DNA of 64,000 nt from Macrostomum lignano. Lineage: Eukaryota. The DNA lies in contig NIVC01000019.1 in the NCBI GenBank assembly GCA_002269645.1, positions 806,001 to 870,000 on the forward strand, written 5' to 3'. The position numbers and the translations under genes are program-made. A model generated the notes under the pieces. That model was not told the DNA's origin and did not search any database. It saw nothing but the letters and a program-made list of their open reading frames with translations. Below are positions 52,984 through 64,000 of the stretch, piece by piece (within the stretch, counting starts at the first letter, position 1; each line of letters begins with the position of its first letter).

Positions 52984-53594
52984 CACCCAGCAACGGTCAA
53001 AACCGCCACCCCACCGAGAGAGGCGACCTCTCTCTCACCTCAACTGCAAGCGACGCAACTTGCGCCACGGCGTGGCTAAAGCTGGGTGAGAGTGAATGCA
53101 GGAGAGGGCAATCAGGGGATGCACTTTACTTTAGCAGATTAGCAGTCAGCTCACCCCACATTAGACGGAGCAGGGTGGCTGGCGCGGTCGGAGTTCGCCT
53201 GACAATCCGCAGCAGATGTCGATTTGCCCTGGCTGTTGAGCCGCGGAGATCATGGCGCTGGCTGCCTGTGGCTGCGTGCTGAACACTACCAGTCTCTTGG
53301 GACTTCGTTAACAGCGCTCGAATTGTTGAACGTGATCGGCCAAATTGGCGAGCAACTGCGCTGATGGATGCACCAGCTTCTAGCATGCCAACAGCTCGCC
53401 ATCGTTCAGCGTCTGTCATATGCCTGACCATTGTCACGTGTACAGTGAATTGAATGTTGCACCCCCAACCCCAACCCCAGTCCCTCTCACCCAGCTCTTT
53501 AGCCACGCCGTGGCGCAAGTTACGTCACTTGCAGTTGAGGTGAGAGAGAAGTCGCCTCTCTTGGTAGGGTGGCGGTTTTGACTGTTGCTGAGTG
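52984..53594 (-). mobile_element. Tc1/mariner internal-deletion derivative retaining the transposase N-terminal HTH
   Basis: ~110-bp TIRs (52984-53092, 53484-53594) starting CACCCAGCAAC / CACTCAGCAAC, flanked by TA on both sides; ORF from ATG 53431: MVRHMTDAERWRAVGMLEAGASISAVARQFGRSRSTIRALLTKSQETGSV, a paired-like Tc1 HTH; no DDE domain. Confidence 0.9.
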
Positions 53595-53694
53595 TAGTCA
53601 GATTCCTCAAGCCTGCAGACACTAAATACGAAGCTATGTACATTGCACGACTAAATTTCATTCTATAACTTTTTAACTCTAAACCAGGTAACGT

Positions 53695-54145
53695 AATAAC
53701 CAATGTACATTGTGTGACTCCTAGCGGGAAGGAAACAAATGTACATTGTGTGACTCCTAGCGGGAACGAAACAAATGTACATTGTGTGACTCCTAGCGGG
53801 AAGGAAACAAATGTACATTGTGTGACTCCTAGCTAGGAAGAAAACCAATGTACATTGCGCGACTCCTAGCTGGGAAGGAAACCAATGTACATTGTGGGAC
53901 TCCTAGCTGGGAAGAAAACCAATGTACATTGCGCGACTCCTAGCTGGGAAGGAAACCAATGTACATTGTGGGACTCCTAGCTGGGAAGAAAACCAATGTA
54001 CATTGCGCGACTCCTAGCTGGGAAGGAAACCAATGTACATTGTGTGACACATAGCTGGGAAGAAAACTAATGTACTTTGTGCAACTCATAGGCGTCATAG
54101 CTGGGAACTAATGTAAATAAATAAGGAAACTAATGTACATTGTGT
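53695..54145. repeat. Minisatellite, 36-37-bp unit
   Basis: Unit AAACCAATGTACATTGTGTGACTCCTAGC(T)GGGAAGG. Confidence 0.94.
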
Positions 54146-54424
54146 ACAAGGCCGCAATCTTGTGTATAAGATGGAAGAGCATCGCTTTTGAAAGCAAATG
54201 TACGCAGCAACGAAACGCATAAAAACTTAAAGTTAAAAATAATTCCGATTATACAAGGCCATCTGCTGCAGGTATTCAACTGCAAATACTATAGAATTAT
54301 AATACTAGTGAGAATAGCGTTTTGTGCACCTAAAAAAATCATCCCTGGGCGCTGGGGCGGTGTGCTGAGAATATTTCGGTCAGGACGTGTGTACTTTTAA
54401 AAAACTGTTCGCAAAATTTGTGCA

Positions 54425-60113
<5,689 letters not shown>

Positions 60114-62652
60114 GCCGAATAGCTGGGGGTCACCAGCTGGGCTGTTGCGTCAGGGTGGCGGGGACTGCTGGGGGAGGGCACTATTGCTGGCTAGATGAGT
60201 TCAAGCCACTCTGAAGAGTGAGCAGAAATTCAAGGCAAAGTTCAATTTATGATGTAAATCTCCATACCCCACCTATCATATTAGACATTTTTCTAAAAAT
60301 AAAAAAGTATCCATAAGTAGCTTATTCACTGCTAGATCCAATATAATTTTGCAGCATAACATAGTCAAAATATCTAATAAATAATTGAATATTTTAGCAC
60401 AAGGAAACTGTGGCTTAAAAATAAAATTTAAATAAGTTTTATAATTAGAAAAGCCAATAAAATTATTACAATGTACACTTACATAAAAACTTGTCAAATA
60501 AACTTATCATTAAAGCTGGAGTGAGTTTAGCGTATGAAATAGCCATAGCTTTGTAGGCATAATTTACTATGACTGAATATTAATAAATAATAATACAGAA
60601 AATTAAATAAATCTTTTTAAAGATAAATTAGATAAATTATATTCTTAGTATTTTAAGTTTCTAAGACTATCTAAAAAAGCTATAAAACAGTTGGCAACAT
60701 TTTTATCTTACCAATTCCAAACAAAGAAGAATAGTATAACATTGAATAGCTCAGCAATTGATGTGTTCTTATTCTATTTATCTGGAATATTTATCTGAAC
60801 AATAATCTGTTTCTGTTACAGTCAATAGGCCACACCCTCTGCATAGGAATAACAACTTAAAACTTATATCTTATGTGTTGGCATCCATCTAGGAGGAGAT
60901 ATTCGTTAAACCCGGCCGGTCCACTCAGCTTTAGATATATGATTATATTTCCGAACTAAGAGAGATGAATAAATAGCTATGTTATTTACCATAAAGTCCA
61001 TAATAAGTGCGGAGATGCATATTATTCGCAAAGAGACTTTTAATCCTAAAAATTGGGTAAAAATATTTAAACTTTCAACAAGACACGTGTAGCCCCGTTG
61101 TAATAGTTCAGGTTGTTAAAAGATCGGCTAAGCTTGAGCATTAATAGCTAAGTAGTTCGATCGATCATATTTTAAACAATCATAACCTTTACGTTTGAAC
61201 TTGTGGTACCACTCTTTGAGTTTAGTTAAACACAGTTTGCAACCTGAATCCTTATTAGCTTGAAAATATAAACGTAGTTACTAAGACTTGAATCTGCAAC
61301 TATTTTTTGCAGTTGTGCTTTATATTGTATTTTATTTGTATAGGCTTGGTTGGTTCTTATCAACGTGTACATGGTGCAATACATGTATGATACTTTCTGT
61401 GGGCAAGCGACAAAAATAATTTTCGTCTAAAGTAGACAATCAATTATATTGATAATTTCATGGTAGTTCGTATCATGCAGTTAAAACGAATGGGATTGGG
61501 ATGAAATATTACATGTACCATACAAATACAAATGATTTACATTTACATGTACGAAATCAGACCACGCGGCACACGCGTTTTAGCATACAAGGTAGCATAC
61601 AGTACATGATGTGCACAAGTACAACAGTAGGTACAAACTCAAAGACTCAAAGGAACTGTTAAGTAGGCCACTTTCGTGGAAAAAATACACTGTGGAGATG
61701 GGAAAAAATCTTTTTTTTTCATCATAAATCAATGTGATTGCATTCGATCTGGAGCAGTGCAAAGATTACCATTTCTTAATTTAGCATCCACAACATGTTA
61801 CTCTATTGTATTTTATATAGCTTTGAAAATGAACTTTTCATTTTCATATCGTTTTCTTTTTATTTCATATACACGTAAGCCCTAATGTTCAAATGTTGAA
61901 AAGTTGCAAATGTTCACAAGTGAAGTTTTGTCTTGTCTTTCTTGAATCCACTATATTTGTAGTAAAATTGTTGCACCCAGGTACTCTTAAGCCACTATTG
62001 TAGGTATAGTTTCATCGAAATGCAAATTTGTAGCTACATGTACTCCTATACCGGCTGTCATATTGATAATAGTGCAGACAAAAATGTTTAGCAATATCAT
62101 TTGACTTTTTTCATGTTGTTGATCTTAGTCTTTAGAAAGCTATATCAATTTTTAAGCCAACAAGCTTTAGCTTAAGACTATATAAGATCGAGTACCTACA
62201 TACATTCCAAAATTTTATTACAATTAATATAATATACATGTACTTGATTAAAAAAAGAACAAGAAAATGCCACATTCGTGCAGTACATGTAAAACTAGTT
62301 ATACAAGCGTACATCTCCTTAAATTAAGGCGGAAGAAAATTCAGTACGCGTAAGAAGAGCGTCAACATTTAAAATACAATTTGTTGCGTTATCTAAACGG
62401 AGTTTACAAACGTTCTTATAATAGGGGTTTTACCATAGACAAATGCGATCGAAAAAAGTGGTCCACAAGAAAACACTCAAGAGATGGGGACAGCTGAAAG
62501 TTGCTGTGTGCCACCAGTGCTGCGGTAAAGTCTGACTCACGGTGGGCAGCTATACTGCAATGTACAGATTGTGTACACAGCACACTATACTCTACATGCA
62601 TATGTGTAAAGCGCGCGAGAACCCAACAGGTGCAGCGCTGCAGTGTTCAGCC

Positions 62653-62659
62653 TATAAAA
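62653..62659 (+). promoter_or_regulatory. Candidate TATA box of the PhnZ-like gene
   Basis: TATAAAA ~75 bp upstream of ATG 62732; a second TATAAA lies near 62697. Confidence 0.3.
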
Positions 62660-62731
62660 TATGGGACGGAATTGCTAGCGTTATATATTCCTAGCTTATA
62701 AATTGACAAAACACAATCAAACTGCCTCATC

Positions 62732-63391
62732 ATGCAAGCAACCTCGACAATAGACAAGCTGGGCTACCAGCTGCCGCCTCGACCGATTCCAGCTGCTCAG
62801 ATGAGTCTTCAAGCCCGCGTTGACGAGGTGTTCGACCTGCTGGAGAGGCACGGCAGCGAGAACTACCTCGGCGAGGACATCTCCAAGTGCCAGCACGCAG
62901 TGCAGTGCGCCCTCATTGCCGAAGGTCTCAACCAGCCGAGCCACATCGTCCTTGGCGCCCTGCTGCACGACATCGGGCATCACCTGAGCGGCTTGGATCC
63001 CCAGGTGCCACGCATGGTTACCGACGGCGTTGACTATGGCACGGTGGATCACGACATTGTGGGAGCTCGCTACCTGGAGTTGCTGCAGTTCCCGCCGGAA
63101 ATTACCGCCTTCGTGCTGAATCATGTTCAGGCGAAGCGTTACCTGGTTGCTAAGCGGCCCGGATATCGGGAGCAGCTGTCGGAGGCGAGCAAGGCCACAC
63201 TGGAGCACCAAGGAGGCGCCATGAGCAGCGCGGAGGCCGACCAGTTCGAGAGCCTTCCAGATCACGGCGCCTATCTGGAGATGCGCACCTGGGATGAGGC
63301 TGGCAAGGACCCGAGCGTGGACTACACAGTCGAGCTAGGACGGCTCAAACAGCTCTGCATGGATTACCTGGCTTCCAAGTCTCCAGCTTGA
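62732..63391 (+). CDS. phnZ: PhnZ/TmpB-like HD-domain diiron oxygenase (phosphonate C-P cleavage family), intronless, 219 aa
   Basis: NYLGEDISKCQHAVQCA, ALLHDIGH, DHDIVGARYL, NHVQAKRYL, YREQLSEASKATLEHQGG, MRTWDEAGKDP give the full motif series of the phosphonate-degradation HD family. Alternative start at 62801. AATAAA at 63452-63457. The symbol is a family-level assignment. Confidence 0.9.
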   Translation: MQATSTIDKLGYQLPPRPIPAAQMSLQARVDEVFDLLERHGSENYLGEDISKCQHAVQCALIAEGLNQPSHIVLGALLHDIGHHLSGLDPQVPRMVTDGVDYGTVDHDIVGARYLELLQFPPEITAFVLNHVQAKRYLVAKRPGYREQLSEASKATLEHQGGAMSSAEADQFESLPDHGAYLEMRTWDEAGKDPSVDYTVELGRLKQLCMDYLASKSPA

Positions 63392-64000
63392 TAGGGAAAT
63401 ATGGAGGCACCGCGTTGGTTTAACTTGTTTTTTGTGCAACGTGTTCGAGTCAATAAATATATAATATAGCTTACTCTAACAGCTAGAGTTTCGGTATTCA
63501 AACTGTATGAAGAGTTTATTGGGTGGTGATCAGTCACTCCCACTTCTAGACACTGGGGAACAAGTGCCTAGGTATATTGTATATTGAGGAATGGCAATAG
63601 AATGTTTCAATAGATGGAATGGCAGCGAAGATTCTGCACTGCGTTGCGCGTGTATTTATATGATTATAACAAACAGTGCGAGATTGAGGGGCCAAGGGAG
63701 GTGCGAAAAGGTGGCGTGGCGTGATTGGCTACGCCAACCCCCCGGCTTAGCAAGCCGGCTAGCTTGGCGCGCACCCACCCCACCTCAGCTAGACAGAGGC
63801 GGGGGGGGGGGGTTTCCAGTACGGCTGCACTGGTGCTGCCGGTCGCGTAGTCTGGCCGCCACAATATACAAGTCGAATAACTTACTGCGGCGGATCCTCT
63901 AGTGGTTTGTAGACGTCTGGTTCTTGTAGTGTGCAGCGCTGTCTGGCTTGGCTGAGCTGGGTTTCTTGGAGTCCTTAACTTTATCTGTGGGTCGACCAAA

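Noticed and set aside
62717-63265. 182-aa minus-strand ORF
   Set aside because: Antisense shadow of the GC-rich PhnZ-like CDS; no recognisable motifs.
62732-63391. Myo-inositol oxygenase or HDDC-type phosphohydrolase identity for the HD protein
   Set aside because: Length and the YxGE, AKRYL, SxxTLxxQGG and RxWDxxxK motifs fit the PhnZ/TmpB family instead.

Overview
This is eukaryotic (animal) genomic DNA, not prokaryotic: GC-rich coding exons have canonical GT-AG introns, and most large introns hold a different mini- or microsatellite. The composition and repeat style resemble the flatworm Macrostomum lignano, but that is inference only. Six protein-coding loci are supported: (1) a secreted PAN-like + LamG/ConA-like gene split by an in-frame TAG (-); (2) a 3-exon rhodopsin-family neuropeptide GPCR (-); (3) a receptor tyrosine phosphatase of at least 16 exons, PTP99A/PTPRG type, with Ig + 4 FN3 + TM + D1 + D2 (+); (4) calcyphosin-like CAPSL (+); (5) an Ajuba/LIMD1/WTIP LIM protein (-); (6) an intronless PhnZ/TmpB-like HD-domain diiron oxygenase (+). 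Mobile DNA includes a Gypsy integrase remnant inside a satellite, a Tc1/mariner deletion derivative, several MITEs (two hAT-like with 8-bp TSDs, one of them nested), a tRNA-derived CORE-SINE and a possible solo LTR. About 33 tandem arrays are present. Most long ORFs in the supplied track are repeat artefacts. No rRNA, intact tRNA or CRISPR array was found. Best leads: the phosphonate-catabolism-type enzyme in an animal genome, minisatellites built from RFX X-box motifs, and a 3.4-kb foldback made of two inverted 31-bp arrays.
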